A stretch of DNA of 64,000 nt. Origin: Dehalococcoidia bacterium. Lineage in GTDB: Bacteria > Chloroflexota > Dehalococcoidia > Bin125. Within the stretch, counting starts at the first letter, position 1, and each line of letters begins with the position of its first letter. Positions 47,125 through 57,826 of the stretch are shown in pieces. The DNA is taken from the NCBI GenBank assembly GCA_963662615.2, contig CAXXSR010000001.1:576001-640000 (forward strand), in the 5' to 3' direction. The position numbers and the translations under genes are program-made. Below the pieces are notes generated by a model. It was not told the origin of the DNA. It saw only the letters and a list, made by a program, of their open reading frames with translations, and ran no database searches.

Positions 47125-49524
47125 TCACCTTCGCGAGACGACGCGGATCGATTCGCCGTCGCTGCGCAGGACGATGGTCCCGTCCTCGTCGGTGCGGAGC
47201 AGCATCGTCTCCGCCAACCGTGACAGCACCTCGGGATGCGGATGCCCGAAACGATTGCCCGCTCCCACCGTGATCACGGCGACGCTGGGACGCACCCGCC
47301 GCAGGAACAGGTCGGTGCTGGAGGTGGCGCTGCCGTGATGCGCGACTTTGAGGACAGTGGCTTGCAGGCTCCAGCCCTGCTGAGCCAACAGCAGCTCCCG
47401 CTCCGCTTCAATGTCCGCCGCCAGCAGGAAGGAGACCTCTCCGTACCGCAGCCGCAGCACCACGGCCCCGTTGTTGAGGTTGTCGCCGGCGGCGGCAGCC
47501 GTGGGCTCCAGCGGACCCAATACATCCACCAGCGCGCCCTCCCCCAGGTCCAGCAGCGTGCCCGGCTCCGCGGCGCGGACAGGGACACCGCGCGCCGACG
47601 CTACCGCCGTCAGCCGCCGGCCGATCTCGGTCCGGTCGTTCAGCGGTGCAACGATCAGCTCCCCCACCTGGAAGCGGTCCAGCACCGCGAAGAGCCCGTT
47701 CACATGATCCGCCTGGGGATGCGTGGCGACGACCAAGTCCAGCGACCGCCGCCCGGCCGGGAGCGCGTCGGCCAGCTCGCCAAGGAGCCGCACGCCGTCC
47801 GGCCCGCCGTCCACGAGCAACGTTCCGCCCGACGGAGCGATCGCCAAGAGCGCGTCGCCCTGGCCGACATCGAGCACGTGCACTTCCAGCGACTCGCCCT
47901 CGCCGGCGGCGACCGCGTTCCGGACAATGATGTTCACCGCGATCAGGATGGCGGCCACGACCGCCGCCATCCCTGTGTCCGGGACCGGCAGGCGGCGAAA
48001 AGCGCCGGCCGCCGCGGGCAACGGCAGCGGCCCCGCCCGCTGCAGCCAGACGGCGCCAGCGCCCAGCGCCGCGTACCAGACGAGCGCATGCTCCAGCCCG
48101 AACCCGTCGACGGCGGCGCTGGCGAAGGGCAGAGCCGCCAAGCGCTCCGCCACCTCCACGAACCACGACAGGGGCAGCCAGGACAGCACCCAGCCGGCGC
48201 CCGTGCCCAGGCCGGCGTCAATGCTTCCCAAGATCGCGGTGGCCAGACTGCCCAGGAAGATCAGTGGGAAGGCGGGCACCACCAGGAGATTGGCCGGCAG
48301 GGCGACCAGGGAGATACGGCCGAAGTGCAGCGCGATCAGCGGCAGGGTCGCCGCCACGGCCGTCACCGTCACCACCCCCGTCTCGATCACGAACCCGGTC
48401 GCCACGTCGCCGGCCGAGCGCCGCGCGCGGTCCAGGCGCAGGCGGCGCTCAAGGCGCTGCCGCAGCGGCGCCGCCATCAGTGCCAACGCCGCTGTGGAGA
48501 CGAACGAGAGCTGGAACGAGAGATCGTCAACGACGCCGGGCGAGACCGCGACCATCACCGCCGCCGCCAGGGCGATGGCGGGCACGGCGGTGCTGCGTCG
48601 GCCCGCGACGCCGGCCAACAAGAGCATGCTCGCCATGATCGCTGCCCGCACCACCGGCGCCTCTGCGCCCACGAACACCGTGTACGCGCCGATCACCGCC
48701 AGGGCGAGCCAGACCGCCCGCCGCCTGCCGATCAGCCCGGCGGCGCTCGCCACCACCAGGAGCGCCAGCAGGGTCACATTGCTGCCGGAGATCACCACCA
48801 GGTGCGTGAGCCCAGTGTCGCGGAGATCGCTTTCCAGGTCGGGCGCCAGGCTGTCCCGCCGCCCCGTGACGATCCCCTGGGCCAGCCCCGCCAGCGGCTC
48901 GTCCAGCGACCGCGCCAGCGCCGCGTCCATGTCGGCCCGCGCCGCGGAGACGGTGGCCCGTAGCGAATTCCCCTGCCCCTGCGCCAGCGTCTCCACGTCC
49001 GTAAAGGAGCCCGTCGCCGCGATCCCGCGCGTGGCCAGATAATCGGCGAAGGCGCGACCGGCCGCCGATGTCGGCTCCCGCAGCGTCGCCCGTCCGCGCA
49101 CGCGGTCCCCATAGCGGTAGTCCGGGCCCAACGGCGTCCACAGGCGCACATCGCCCCGGGCGGCGACCCGCTCGCCACCGAGCGCAAGCGCCTCCACAGC
49201 CACCCGCAACTCCTGCGTGGAGCCACGCACCGTCGGGTCGGACACCACCACGCCCGTGAGCTGCACCGTGCGTCCCAGGGCCAGCGACGCCACATTGCCC
49301 AAGTCGGGTTGACCGTCGTCTGCGCGCACCAGGCCCAGTGCGAACAGCGTGGCGACGCTCACGCCCAGCAGGGCCCGCGCGCGACCGCCGCGCAGCGCCA
49401 AGACTCCCGCTCCTGCCGCGACCGCCACAACCGCGCCGACCGCCACGGCGGCGGAGTCAAAGCCGCTGGCCACGGCGACACCGGCAAAGAAGGCCAAGGA
49501 GAGGATCAGCAAGGGTGCGATCAC
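47125..49524 (-). CDS. comEC: Competence protein ComEC/Rec2
   Basis: HLVVISGSNV, SFQLSF, DVGQGD, THPQADH, KVAHHGS, NRFGHP and RTDEDG. Confidence 0.93.
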   Translation of the reverse strand: MIAPLLILSLAFFAGVAVASGFDSAAVAVGAVVAVAAGAGVLALRGGRARALLGVSVATLFALGLVRADDGQPDLGNVASLALGRTVQLTGVVVSDPTVRGSTQELRVAVEALALGGERVAARGDVRLWTPLGPDYRYGDRVRGRATLREPTSAAGRAFADYLATRGIAATGSFTDVETLAQGQGNSLRATVSAARADMDAALARSLDEPLAGLAQGIVTGRRDSLAPDLESDLRDTGLTHLVVISGSNVTLLALLVVASAAGLIGRRRAVWLALAVIGAYTVFVGAEAPVVRAAIMASMLLLAGVAGRRSTAVPAIALAAAVMVAVSPGVVDDLSFQLSFVSTAALALMAAPLRQRLERRLRLDRARRSAGDVATGFVIETGVVTVTAVAATLPLIALHFGRISLVALPANLLVVPAFPLIFLGSLATAILGSIDAGLGTGAGWVLSWLPLSWFVEVAERLAALPFASAAVDGFGLEHALVWYAALGAGAVWLQRAGPLPLPAAAGAFRRLPVPDTGMAAVVAAILIAVNIIVRNAVAAGEGESLEVHVLDVGQGDALLAIAPSGGTLLVDGGPDGVRLLGELADALPAGRRSLDLVVATHPQADHVNGLFAVLDRFQVGELIVAPLNDRTEIGRRLTAVASARGVPVRAAEPGTLLDLGEGALVDVLGPLEPTAAAAGDNLNNGAVVLRLRYGEVSFLLAADIEAERELLLAQQGWSLQATVLKVAHHGSATSSTDLFLRRVRPSVAVITVGAGNRFGHPHPEVLSRLAETMLLRTDEDGTIVLRSDGESIRVVSRR

Positions 49525-49886
49525 GGTCGCACCCCGGCGACGCGAACCAGCCCTTCGGCCACCGAGCGCGGCAAGACGCCCCGCTCCGCGACCTCGCCCA
49601 GCGACGCGAAGGGGTTCGCGGCGCGAGCGTCCATGATCGCGCGCGCCCGCTGCGCGCCGATGCCCGGCAGCGCCTCCAGCTCGGCCAGCGAGGCCCGGTT
49701 CAGGTCGACCAGCCGCGCCGGTGCAACCTCCACGGGCAGCGGCTGAGGGCGCTCGGCCGGGGCGTAGACGTGCACGGCCGCCCCCGCGCCGTCGGCTCCG
49801 ACCGCCAGCACCAACAGCCCGGCGATCAGGACGATGACCAGGGTGATCGCCGGCCACCACAGCGGCCGGCGCCACCATGCCGCCAC
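49521..49886 (-). CDS. comEA: ComEA-like helix-hairpin-helix DNA-binding protein
   Basis: TM helix + VDLNRASLAELEALPGIG; overlaps the comEC start. Confidence 0.85.
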   Translation of the reverse strand: MAAWWRRPLWWPAITLVIVLIAGLLVLAVGADGAGAAVHVYAPAERPQPLPVEVAPARLVDLNRASLAELEALPGIGAQRARAIMDARAANPFASLGEVAERGVLPRSVAEGLVRVAGVRP

Positions 49887-49991
49887 GTTGACGCCTCCCC
49901 CGCGCCGGCGCGCGCACCGTCATCAGCGGCGCTGTGGCTGAGCGGAGACGTGAGTATAGTGGGCGGACGCAGGCGCCGGCGGGAAGGTGTC

Positions 49992-50909
49992 GTGAAGGGT
50001 CGTTCGCTCCTTGCCATCACGGATCTGACGCCGGCGGAGATCGGGGCGCTGCTGGATACGGCCGCGGCGCAAAAGCGGACGCCGGAGGGACCGCATCGGC
50101 GCGACCTGGCGGGCAAGACCGTGACCCTGCTCTTCGACAAACCGTCGCTACGGACCCGCGTCTCCTTCGAAGTCGCCGCCCGGCGGCTCGGCGCCGACTC
50201 CCTCTACCTCTCCCCTCCCGAAGTCGCCCTGGGCGTCCGCGAACCGGTGAAGGACGTGGCCCGCGTCCTCAGCCGTTACTGCGACGCGATCATCTGTCGC
50301 ACCTCCGGCCAGGAGAAGCTGGCGGAGATGGCGCGCTACGCCTCCGTTCCCGTCATCAACGCGCTCTCCGACTGGGAGCATCCCTGTCAGTCGCTGGCGG
50401 ACCTCCTCACCATCCGCGAGCACGGCGGCGCCCAAGGGCGCACGCTGGCCTTCCTTGGCGACGGCAACAACGTGGCGCGATCGCTGGCGCTGACGGCCGC
50501 GTCAGAAGGGATGCATTTCCGCATCGCCACGCCGTCGCAACATGAGCTGGACGCCGCCACCCTGGCGGAGGCCGCCCGCCGCGCCGCCGCGAGCGGGGGC
50601 AGCGTGACGGCGTTGCGCGCCCCTGAGGAGGCTGTAGACGGCGCCGACGTCGTCTACACCGACGTCTGGACCAGCATGGGCCAGGAACGCGAAGCGAAAG
50701 TGCGTCGCGCCCATTTCGCCGGCTACCAAGTGACAGGCGAACTGCTGCAACGCGCCCACCCGGGCGCCATCTTCATGCATGATCTCCCCGCCCATCGGGG
50801 GGAAGAGGTGAGCGACGACGCCATTGAGAGCGCGCAGTCCGTCGTCTTTGACCAGGCGGAGAACCGTCTCCATGCGCAACAGGCCCTCCTCTGGCATCTG
50901 GTGCGGTAG
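49992..50909 (+). CDS. argF: Ornithine carbamoyltransferase
   Basis: KPSLRTRVSF, HPCQ, GDGNNV, DVWTSMGQE, MHDLPAHRG and DQAENRLH. Confidence 0.95.
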   Translation: MKGRSLLAITDLTPAEIGALLDTAAAQKRTPEGPHRRDLAGKTVTLLFDKPSLRTRVSFEVAARRLGADSLYLSPPEVALGVREPVKDVARVLSRYCDAIICRTSGQEKLAEMARYASVPVINALSDWEHPCQSLADLLTIREHGGAQGRTLAFLGDGNNVARSLALTAASEGMHFRIATPSQHELDAATLAEAARRAAASGGSVTALRAPEEAVDGADVVYTDVWTSMGQEREAKVRRAHFAGYQVTGELLQRAHPGAIFMHDLPAHRGEEVSDDAIESAQSVVFDQAENRLHAQQALLWHLVR

Positions 50910-51016
50910 CATGAGGGTCCGGGGCGGCGACGGGCCCCGAGAGCGCGGCGGTCGGGCGAGCGGCTCGCTTTCCGCTACGGGCGGAGAGCGGGGACGGCTG
51001 CCGGGGACGGCCGGCG

Positions 51017-51871
51017 ATGGATAAGCTTTGGGACGACATCTCCGAAGCCTTTACCGGGTTCGACTGGGAGAACGCGGTCGAGATCGGGATCATTGCGATC
51101 GCGATCTTCTGGTTGCTGCGGCTTCTTCGCGGTACCACGGCCATGACCGTCGTTCGCGGCATCTCCTTCGTGGCGGTGACCGTGGTCGTCTTGAGCCGCG
51201 TCCTGGACTCCATCGTGCTCGATTGGATCGTCAACAACGCCCTCGCGGTGCTGGTCCTCTTCGTGCTCATCGTTTTCCAGCCCGAGTTTCGCCGCGCCCT
51301 GGCGCGGGTGGGCCGCACCGGTGGCGTCCGCTCCTGGCTCGGGCTGGGCCGCGACACCTACCACCCGCTCATTGATGTCGTCGCCGAAGCCGCGCTCCAC
51401 CTCGCCGACCGGCGCGCCGGCGCGCTCATCGTCGTGGAGCGCAAGACCGGCTTGCAGGACGTCGTGGAGACGGGCGTCCCCGTGGACGCCGTGCCCAGCG
51501 CCCAGCTCCTGGAGGGCATCTTCTACCCCCACAGCCCCCTCCATGACGGCGCCGTCGTGATCCGCCCTGGACGCGTGGTCGCCGCCTCCTGCATGCTCCC
51601 GCCCTCCACGGAGTTCCTCCCCTCCTCCGTCGGTTACGACGCCGCCGACGGCCATCTCGGCACCCGCCACCGGGCCGCCGTGGGCATCTCGGAGCAGACC
51701 GATGCGGTCGTCGTCGTGGTCTCCGAAGAGACGGGCGTGATCTCGCTCGCGACCGACGGCCGGCTCATCCGTCGCCTCGATCAACGCCGGCTGGAGTCGC
51801 TGCTCGGGTCGCTCTTGAACGGGGACAGGCGCGGCGCCCGCCAGCGCCGGCCCACGGTCGAGAGCGGTTGA
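51017..51871 (+). CDS. cdaA: Diadenylate cyclase CdaA
   Basis: 3 TM helices; FQPEFRRAL, PLHDGA, GTRHRAA and VSEETG. Confidence 0.94.
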   Translation: MDKLWDDISEAFTGFDWENAVEIGIIAIAIFWLLRLLRGTTAMTVVRGISFVAVTVVVLSRVLDSIVLDWIVNNALAVLVLFVLIVFQPEFRRALARVGRTGGVRSWLGLGRDTYHPLIDVVAEAALHLADRRAGALIVVERKTGLQDVVETGVPVDAVPSAQLLEGIFYPHSPLHDGAVVIRPGRVVAASCMLPPSTEFLPSSVGYDAADGHLGTRHRAAVGISEQTDAVVVVVSEETGVISLATDGRLIRRLDQRRLESLLGSLLNGDRRGARQRRPTVESG

Positions 51872-51872
51872 C

Positions 51873-53209
51873 ATGCGCTGGCTCCTGTTCAGCCCGCTGA
51901 GGCTGTGGCGAAACACGCGCGGCAGTCTTGCCCTCCTGGCCGCCGCCGGCGCCCTCGCCGTCGTCATCTGGTTCGTCATCACCGACTCCGAGGACGAAGA
52001 CGTGGAGGAGCGATTGGGCTTCGTCCTGGCGATCGAGGCGCTGAACCTTGCGCCGGAGCTGGCCACGGTCAGCCGCATTCCCACCGCCTCGCTCACTATC
52101 GCCGGCCGCCGCGCCGACATCGAGAGCGTCACCTTCGACGACTTCGAGGCGAGCATCGACCTGCGCGGCCTTCCCGCCGGGACGCACGAGATCCTCGTCC
52201 GGGTTCGCTCGCTCGACGCCGACGTGCGCGTGCGCAGCGTCTCGCCGGAGACGGTGGAAGTGACGGTGGAGCCGCGCGTGCAGCGCGTCGATGTGCCGGT
52301 TGCGGTCGTCCTCGTCAACCCGCCCCCCCTCGGTTTCGAGGCGGGGGAACTCACCGTCTCTCCCAGAACCGTCACGCTGAGCGGCATCCAGCAGCTCGTG
52401 GACCTGGTCGACGTCGTCGTCGCCCCGGTCGATGTCAGCACCGCCACCGTGGATCTGGACCTCCTGATCTCCTTGCAGGCGCGTACCAGCACCGGCGCCG
52501 CTGTAAGCGACGTGCAGATCCAGGTCGAACCGCCGACGGTCAACGTGCACGTACCCATCCAGCAGCAGATCTTCCGCCGGGCCGTGACGGTCGCGCCGGA
52601 CGTGGTCGGCCAGCCGGCCTCGGGCTTCCACGTCACCGCCGTGACCGTGCAGCCGCTGACGGTCATTGTCCGCGGCACGCTGGCGGCGTTGGAGAACGTC
52701 GGCGACGCCACCACCGCGGTCGTCGCCATCGCCAACGTGGACGAAGACCTGGAGCGCGTGGTGGCAGTCCGGCCGCCGCCGGGAGTGGAGCTGGAGTCCG
52801 ACCTCCGCGCCACCGTCCGCGTGGAGGTGGAACCGCTGACCGCCCAGGCCGTATTCGATGTGGCCGTGCGGGTCGTGAATCTGGGCGACGGGCTCGAGGC
52901 GGGGGTGACCCCACGGACGGTGGCGATCACGGTGGTGGGGCCGGTCTCGGTCATCTCCGACCTGCTCAACGCCTCCTTCCGCGTCACCGCCGACGCCGAC
53001 GGCCTCGGAGAGGGCGCACACGACGTGCCCGTCCAGGTGAGCTTCAGCGGCGGCGTGGACCTCAGCGGCGTCCAGCCGGAAGACGTAGGCCTGCTGATCG
53101 TGCCGCTGGAGCCTCCTGAGGAAGCCGAGCCGAGCGAGGGCGAGCCGCGCCGAGCGAAGCCGCGCCGAGCGAGGGCGATGCCGCGCCGAGCGAGGGCACG
53201 TCGTCATGA
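51873..53209 (+). CDS. cdaR: CdaR/YbbR-repeat regulator. Natural stop is probably 53209; a 1-bp deletion near 53143 extends the ORF to 53390.
   Basis: TM helix + repeated Val/Pro-rich YbbR domains, directly after cdaA. Confidence 0.85.
53129..53198 (+). repeat. Short tandem repeat GCCGAGCGAGGGCGA(T)GCCGC at the cdaR 3' end
   Basis: Four imperfect units of 20, 15 and 21 bp plus a partial unit. Confidence 0.75.
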
Positions 53210-54546
53210 CCGGCCCGGCGCCCGCGCTCCCGCTCATTGCCATCGTGGGCCGGCCCAACGTGGGCAAGTCCGCCCTCTTCAACCGCATCGTGGGCCGGCG
53301 CAAGGCCATCGTGCAGGGCCTGCCCGGCACCACCCGGGACCGCAACTACGCAGAGGCGGAGTGGCGGGGCCGCCCCTTCCAAATCGTTGACACCGGTGGT
53401 CTCTTGGGTGAGCAGCTCACCGGCGACTACGCGGAGTCCGTCGCGGCGCAGGTGGAGCAGGCCATGGACGAGGCCGCCGCGATCTGCTTCGTCGTCGACG
53501 TGCAGAGCCGCGTCCTGCCGGCGGACGAAGACGTGGCGGCGCGACTGCGCCAGGCCGCCCAGCCGGTCTATCTGGTCGCCAACAAGGCCGACAATGACGC
53601 CATGGCCGCTGCCGCCGCCGACTTCTACGCCTTCGGACTGGGAGAGCCCCACGTCGTCAGCGCCCAGCACGGGCGCGGGGTCGGCGACCTCCTGGACTTC
53701 CTGGTGGAGGGGCTGCCCACCGCCGCCTTGCTCCAGTCGGCCGTCGATTGCAACCTTGCTATCGTGGGCCGGCCGAACGTGGGCAAATCCTCCCTCGTCA
53801 ACGCGATCCTCCGGGAAGAGCGCATGATCGTCAGCACGACGCCGGGCACCACCCGCGACGCCGTCGATACGGCCGTCGACTTCGGGGACCGCCGCCTGGT
53901 CCTGGTGGACACCGCCGGCATCCGCCGCCGCGGCCGGGTGGAGCGGGGCACGGAGCGCGCATCCGTGAATCGGGCCCAAGCCGCGGTGGCCCGCGCCGAC
54001 GTGGTGGCGATCGTCCTGGACGGCGGTCGCGACGTGGCGGCGCAGGATCAGCACATCCTGGGCCGGGCCCTGGACGCCTACAAGGGCGTCATCCTCGTCG
54101 TCAACAAGGCGGACCTCTTGCGCGGCGACGCGGAGCTCCAGGATCGACGGCGCCGGCAACTGCGCTGGCGCGCACACTTCGTCCCCTGGGCCCCGGTCGT
54201 CTGGACCTCCGCCCTCCGCGGCGAGCACCTGGACGAGCTGCTGCAGACGGTGCTAAATGTCGCCGACGTCCGGCGCCGGCGCGTGCCCACGTCCCAGCTC
54301 AATGCGTTGCTGATTCGCGCCACGGCGGCGCACCCGCCGGCCACCTTCCGGGGGCGCCCGATCAAGTTCTTTTACGCCACCCAGGCCGCGATTGAGCCGC
54401 CCACCTTTGTGTTCTTCGTCAATTATCCAGAGGCCGTCCATTTTTCCTACCAGCGCTACCTGCAGCGCCGCATTCGTGAGGAGTTCGGCTTCTTGGGGGC
54501 GGCGCTTCGCTTGCACTTCCGCCCCCGGAATGACGGCCATGGTTGA
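53206..54546 (+). CDS. der: Ribosome biogenesis GTPase Der
   Basis: Two GRPNVGKS / TTRD / DTxG / NKxD GTPase domains. Confidence 0.96.
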   Translation: MTGPAPALPLIAIVGRPNVGKSALFNRIVGRRKAIVQGLPGTTRDRNYAEAEWRGRPFQIVDTGGLLGEQLTGDYAESVAAQVEQAMDEAAAICFVVDVQSRVLPADEDVAARLRQAAQPVYLVANKADNDAMAAAAADFYAFGLGEPHVVSAQHGRGVGDLLDFLVEGLPTAALLQSAVDCNLAIVGRPNVGKSSLVNAILREERMIVSTTPGTTRDAVDTAVDFGDRRLVLVDTAGIRRRGRVERGTERASVNRAQAAVARADVVAIVLDGGRDVAAQDQHILGRALDAYKGVILVVNKADLLRGDAELQDRRRRQLRWRAHFVPWAPVVWTSALRGEHLDELLQTVLNVADVRRRRVPTSQLNALLIRATAAHPPATFRGRPIKFFYATQAAIEPPTFVFFVNYPEAVHFSYQRYLQRRIREEFGFLGAALRLHFRPRNDGHG

Positions 54547-55186
54547 AGCCTGGGTGGTCGGCCTGGTGGGCGGCTATCTGATCGGCTCCGTGCCAATGGG
54601 GTTGTGGATCGGTCGTTGGTGCCGCGGCGTTGACCTCCGCGCGGGCGGCAGCGGCAAGATTGGCGCCACCAACGTCTACCGCAGCTTGGGCCTGCGCTGG
54701 TCCTTGCTGGTGTTCCTGCTGGACACCGCCAAGGGCGTTGTTGCGGTCGCCATCGTCCGCTTCGCCTTCGACAGCCCCACCGCCGACGTGCTCGCCGGCC
54801 TCGCCGCCCTCATTGGGCATGTCTATCCGCTCTTCGCCGGCTTCCGCGGCGGCCGCGCCGCCGCCACCGGCCTGGGCACCGTCCTCATCCTCACGCCCTC
54901 CGCCGGCGGTATCGCGATCTGCGTCTGGCTCGGCGTGCTCGCCGGCGGGCGGATCATGTCGCTCGCCGTCCTGCTGGCGCTGACGGTCTCCTCGGTCACC
55001 CAGGGGCTGCTGGTGGCCTACGGCGGCGAGCCGGACGCGTATTATGGCTTCGTCGTGGCCTCTTGGGTGATCATCATAATCGCGCATCGGGATAACATCC
55101 GGCGGCTCGCCAGCGGCTCCGAGCACGCGCTCCGCCTCCCCAGCGCGCGCCGCGCTTCCGTCCTGGACCCCGGCGGGGGGAGCTGA
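54539..55186 (+). CDS. plsY: Glycerol-3-phosphate acyltransferase PlsY
   Basis: GYLIGSVP, GSGKIGATNVYR, FRGGRAAAT and HRDNIRRL. Confidence 0.93.
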   Translation: MVEAWVVGLVGGYLIGSVPMGLWIGRWCRGVDLRAGGSGKIGATNVYRSLGLRWSLLVFLLDTAKGVVAVAIVRFAFDSPTADVLAGLAALIGHVYPLFAGFRGGRAAATGLGTVLILTPSAGGIAICVWLGVLAGGRIMSLAVLLALTVSSVTQGLLVAYGGEPDAYYGFVVASWVIIIIAHRDNIRRLASGSEHALRLPSARRASVLDPGGGS

Positions 55187-55190
55187 GGGC

Positions 55191-56234
55191 ATGCGCGTCT
55201 GTGTCGTGGGAGCCACGTCCTGGGGCTGTACCCTCGCCATCCAGCTGGACCGCGCCGGCACCCAGGTCGGCGTGCTCTGCCGGACGACGGCGGAGGCGGA
55301 GCAGCTCGCCTCCCAGCGCGAACACCGCCGCCTCTTGCCCGGCATCACCCTGCCGGAGCCGGTCCGCTTCCTCGCCGCTCCCCAGGACGCCGGTCCCCAG
55401 GACGCCGGGCCCTGGGATGCCATCATCTTCGCCGTGCCGGCCCAGCGCTTCCGCGAGAATTTGCGCGCCGTCCTGCCGGCCTTAGGGCGGCCGCCTCCGC
55501 CCCTCGTCAGCGCCAGCAAGGGGCTGGAGACCGGAACCGAGCGGCGCATGTCGGAGGTGATCCAGGAAGAGCTGGCCGCCGCCGCGACCAGCGCCCCCGT
55601 CGCCGCCATCTCGGGCCCCAACATCGCGCGCGAAGTGGCGCTGGCGCAGCCGGCGACGACCGTCGTCGCCGGCGACGACGCCGCTCTGACCGCGCGACTG
55701 CGCGACATGCTCATGTCGCCCACCTTCCGCGTCTATACCAACCCGGACCTCGTGGGCGTGGAGCTGGGCGGCGCGCTCAAGAACGTCGTCGCCATCGGCG
55801 TCGGCATCGGCGACACCCTCAACGCGGGCGCCAATGCGCGCGCGGCCTTCCTCACCCGCGGGCTGACCGAGATGGCCCGCCTCGGCGTCGCGCTGGGCGC
55901 CAGCCCCCTGACCTTCGCCGGGCTCGCCTGCTTGGGCGACCTCATCGCCACCGCCGTCAGCCCGCACTCGCGCAACCGCTACGTCGGCGAGCAGCTGGGC
56001 CGCGGGCAGACCCTGGCCGAGATCCTGGCCGGCATGGTCCATGTGGCGGAAGGGATCGAAACGACCCGGGCGGCGCATCACCTCGCCCGTCGCGTCGGCA
56101 TCGACATGCCCATCGTCGACGGGATCTACCAGGTCCTCTTCGCCGGCGGACGCCCCAGCGACGTCATTCATGGACTCATGACTCGCCACGCCCAAGATGA
56201 ATTGGAGGGGCTGCCCACGATCTTCCGCGACTGA
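55191..56234 (+). CDS. gpsA: NAD(P)H-dependent glycerol-3-phosphate dehydrogenase
   Basis: SKGLE, SGPNIA, GGALKNV, GDLIAT..SRN and AEG. Confidence 0.94.
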   Translation: MRVCVVGATSWGCTLAIQLDRAGTQVGVLCRTTAEAEQLASQREHRRLLPGITLPEPVRFLAAPQDAGPQDAGPWDAIIFAVPAQRFRENLRAVLPALGRPPPPLVSASKGLETGTERRMSEVIQEELAAAATSAPVAAISGPNIAREVALAQPATTVVAGDDAALTARLRDMLMSPTFRVYTNPDLVGVELGGALKNVVAIGVGIGDTLNAGANARAAFLTRGLTEMARLGVALGASPLTFAGLACLGDLIATAVSPHSRNRYVGEQLGRGQTLAEILAGMVHVAEGIETTRAAHHLARRVGIDMPIVDGIYQVLFAGGRPSDVIHGLMTRHAQDELEGLPTIFRD

Positions 56235-56362
56235 CGCGTCGCACGGGGCGTTGCGGCGTGGTTGCCTGGGCAGGCGCCGGCGTCGGCCATAGACTGAAGC
56301 GAAGGACAGGGTGGACCGTCACACGCGCGTTCACCACCGGCACAACCAGAGGAGCGGCGAAA

Positions 56363-57328
56363 CTGGCAAGCGATAACGGGGAAGGGCGGCGTGAGGCGCT
56401 CGACGGCGATTGGGACGCCGTCGTCGCGGCGATCGGCAACGGTGACACCGACCTCTCAGCCGACCAGCTCGGTGCCCTCAGCGACCTTGACTCTGATCGC
56501 CGGCGCGCCTTCACGGCGGCGCTGCGGCAGCTCGACGCCTCCGCCCGCTTCGCCTTCCTGGACTGCCTCCTCGCGGCGGCGGACGAGGTGCTGATGCTCG
56601 ACTTCACCGCCGTCTGTCTGGAGTGCGTGCAGGATGCGGATCCCACCGTGCGGGCCCTCGCCAGCAGCGGCCTCGCCAACGACGAAGGCCGCGACGCCTT
56701 GCCCGTGCTGCTCCGGCTCGCCCGCAGCGATCCGGATGAACGCGTGCGCTCCGAGGCCGCGCTGGCCCTGGCGCCGTTCGCCTTGCGCGCCGAGCTGGGG
56801 GAGCTGCCCGGCGCCGATCGTGACCTGGTCGTCCGCACCCTGCGCGAGGCGGTCACGGACGTTGCCGAAGAGCCCCACGTCCAGGCCGGCGCCCTCGCCG
56901 CTCTCGGCGCCATCGGCGAGCCCTGGGTGCAGGAGCTGATCTTCGACGCCTACGAATCCGGTGACGCCGCCCTCCGCCTCGGCGCCGTGGAGGCCATGGG
57001 GCGCAGCGCCGACGACTACTGGCTCCCCACCGTTATCAACGTCATGGCCAGCGCCGATGAGGATGAGCGCATCGCCGCGGCTGGCGCCGCCGGCGAGATT
57101 GGCGATGAGGATGCGCTGGTCCCCGTCGCCGAGTTGCTGGAGGACGACAGCATCGACGTCGTGCTGGTGGCGGCCCGGGCCCTTGGAGACATCGGCGGCG
57201 CGGCGGCAATGGAGCGGCTACAGCCATACAGCACCCATCCCGACGCCAACGTCCGCGCGGTGGTGAAGGCCGCCTTGGAGGAGGCCCGCTACGCGGACGA
57301 TCCCCTGGGTATGAGCCGAAAGCGCTGA
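56363..57328 (+). CDS. HEAT-repeat protein (probable CTG start; frame open from 56258)
   Basis: Repeated D..VR..AA.ALG units; AGAGGAG RBS before CTG 56363. Confidence 0.8.
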   Translation: MASDNGEGRREALDGDWDAVVAAIGNGDTDLSADQLGALSDLDSDRRRAFTAALRQLDASARFAFLDCLLAAADEVLMLDFTAVCLECVQDADPTVRALASSGLANDEGRDALPVLLRLARSDPDERVRSEAALALAPFALRAELGELPGADRDLVVRTLREAVTDVAEEPHVQAGALAALGAIGEPWVQELIFDAYESGDAALRLGAVEAMGRSADDYWLPTVINVMASADEDERIAAAGAAGEIGDEDALVPVAELLEDDSIDVVLVAARALGDIGGAAAMERLQPYSTHPDANVRAVVKAALEEARYADDPLGMSRKR

Positions 57329-57346
57329 GGCGGGCGGGGGCGGATC

Positions 57347-57826
57347 ATGGCTGCGCGGGCGCGCTTCCAGACCAAACAGGCCGTCTCCGCCGGCGGCGTT
57401 GTCTATCGTCTCGGGCCGGCGGGGGTGGAGGTCCTCCTCCTGGAGACGGATCACGGCGTCTGGGGCCTGCCCAAGGGCACCCCTGACGACGGCGAGACCC
57501 TGGCCCAGACCGCGCTGCGCGAAGTCCGCGAAGAGACCGGCCTGGACGTGGCTCTGGACGCGAAAGTCGGTGCCATTGCCTACTGGTTCGTGCGGGCCGC
57601 CCAGCGCGAGCGCTTCCACAAATACGTGCACTTCTGGCTCATGCGGCCCGTGGGCGGCAGTCTCGACCTGCATGACGCCGAGCACCGCACCGTGCGCTGG
57701 TTCCCGTTGCCGGAGGCCATTGAGCGGATTACCCACGCCAACGCCGCCGAGATCTTGCAGAAAGCGGGAACGTTGCTCGCCTCCCGCCAGGCCCAGGCGA
57801 AGGACACCAGCGAGGGCCTGCCATGA
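57347..57826 (+). CDS. Nudix hydrolase (Ap4A-hydrolase-like)
   Basis: SAGGVV, WGLPKG and TALREVREETG. Confidence 0.9.
   Translation: MAARARFQTKQAVSAGGVVYRLGPAGVEVLLLETDHGVWGLPKGTPDDGETLAQTALREVREETGLDVALDAKVGAIAYWFVRAAQRERFHKYVHFWLMRPVGGSLDLHDAEHRTVRWFPLPEAIERITHANAAEILQKAGTLLASRQAQAKDTSEGLP

Noticed and set aside
47236-48963. Long antisense or alternative-frame ORFs (e.g. 47236..48963, 43017..44759, 50975..52987, 34681..36162)
   Set aside because: These are shadow ORFs expected from high GC3 codon bias opposite well-supported genes, and they carry no recognisable motifs.
50910-51016. c-di-AMP riboswitch upstream of cdaA (also looked upstream of the LysM gene)
   Set aside because: Only generic GC-rich hairpins are present. 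I could not find the conserved ydaO-type sequence blocks.
55380-55412. 15-bp duplication in gpsA (PQDAG twice); similar LLGEALLG duplication in pncB
   Set aside because: In-frame slippage in probable loop regions with no evidence of function.
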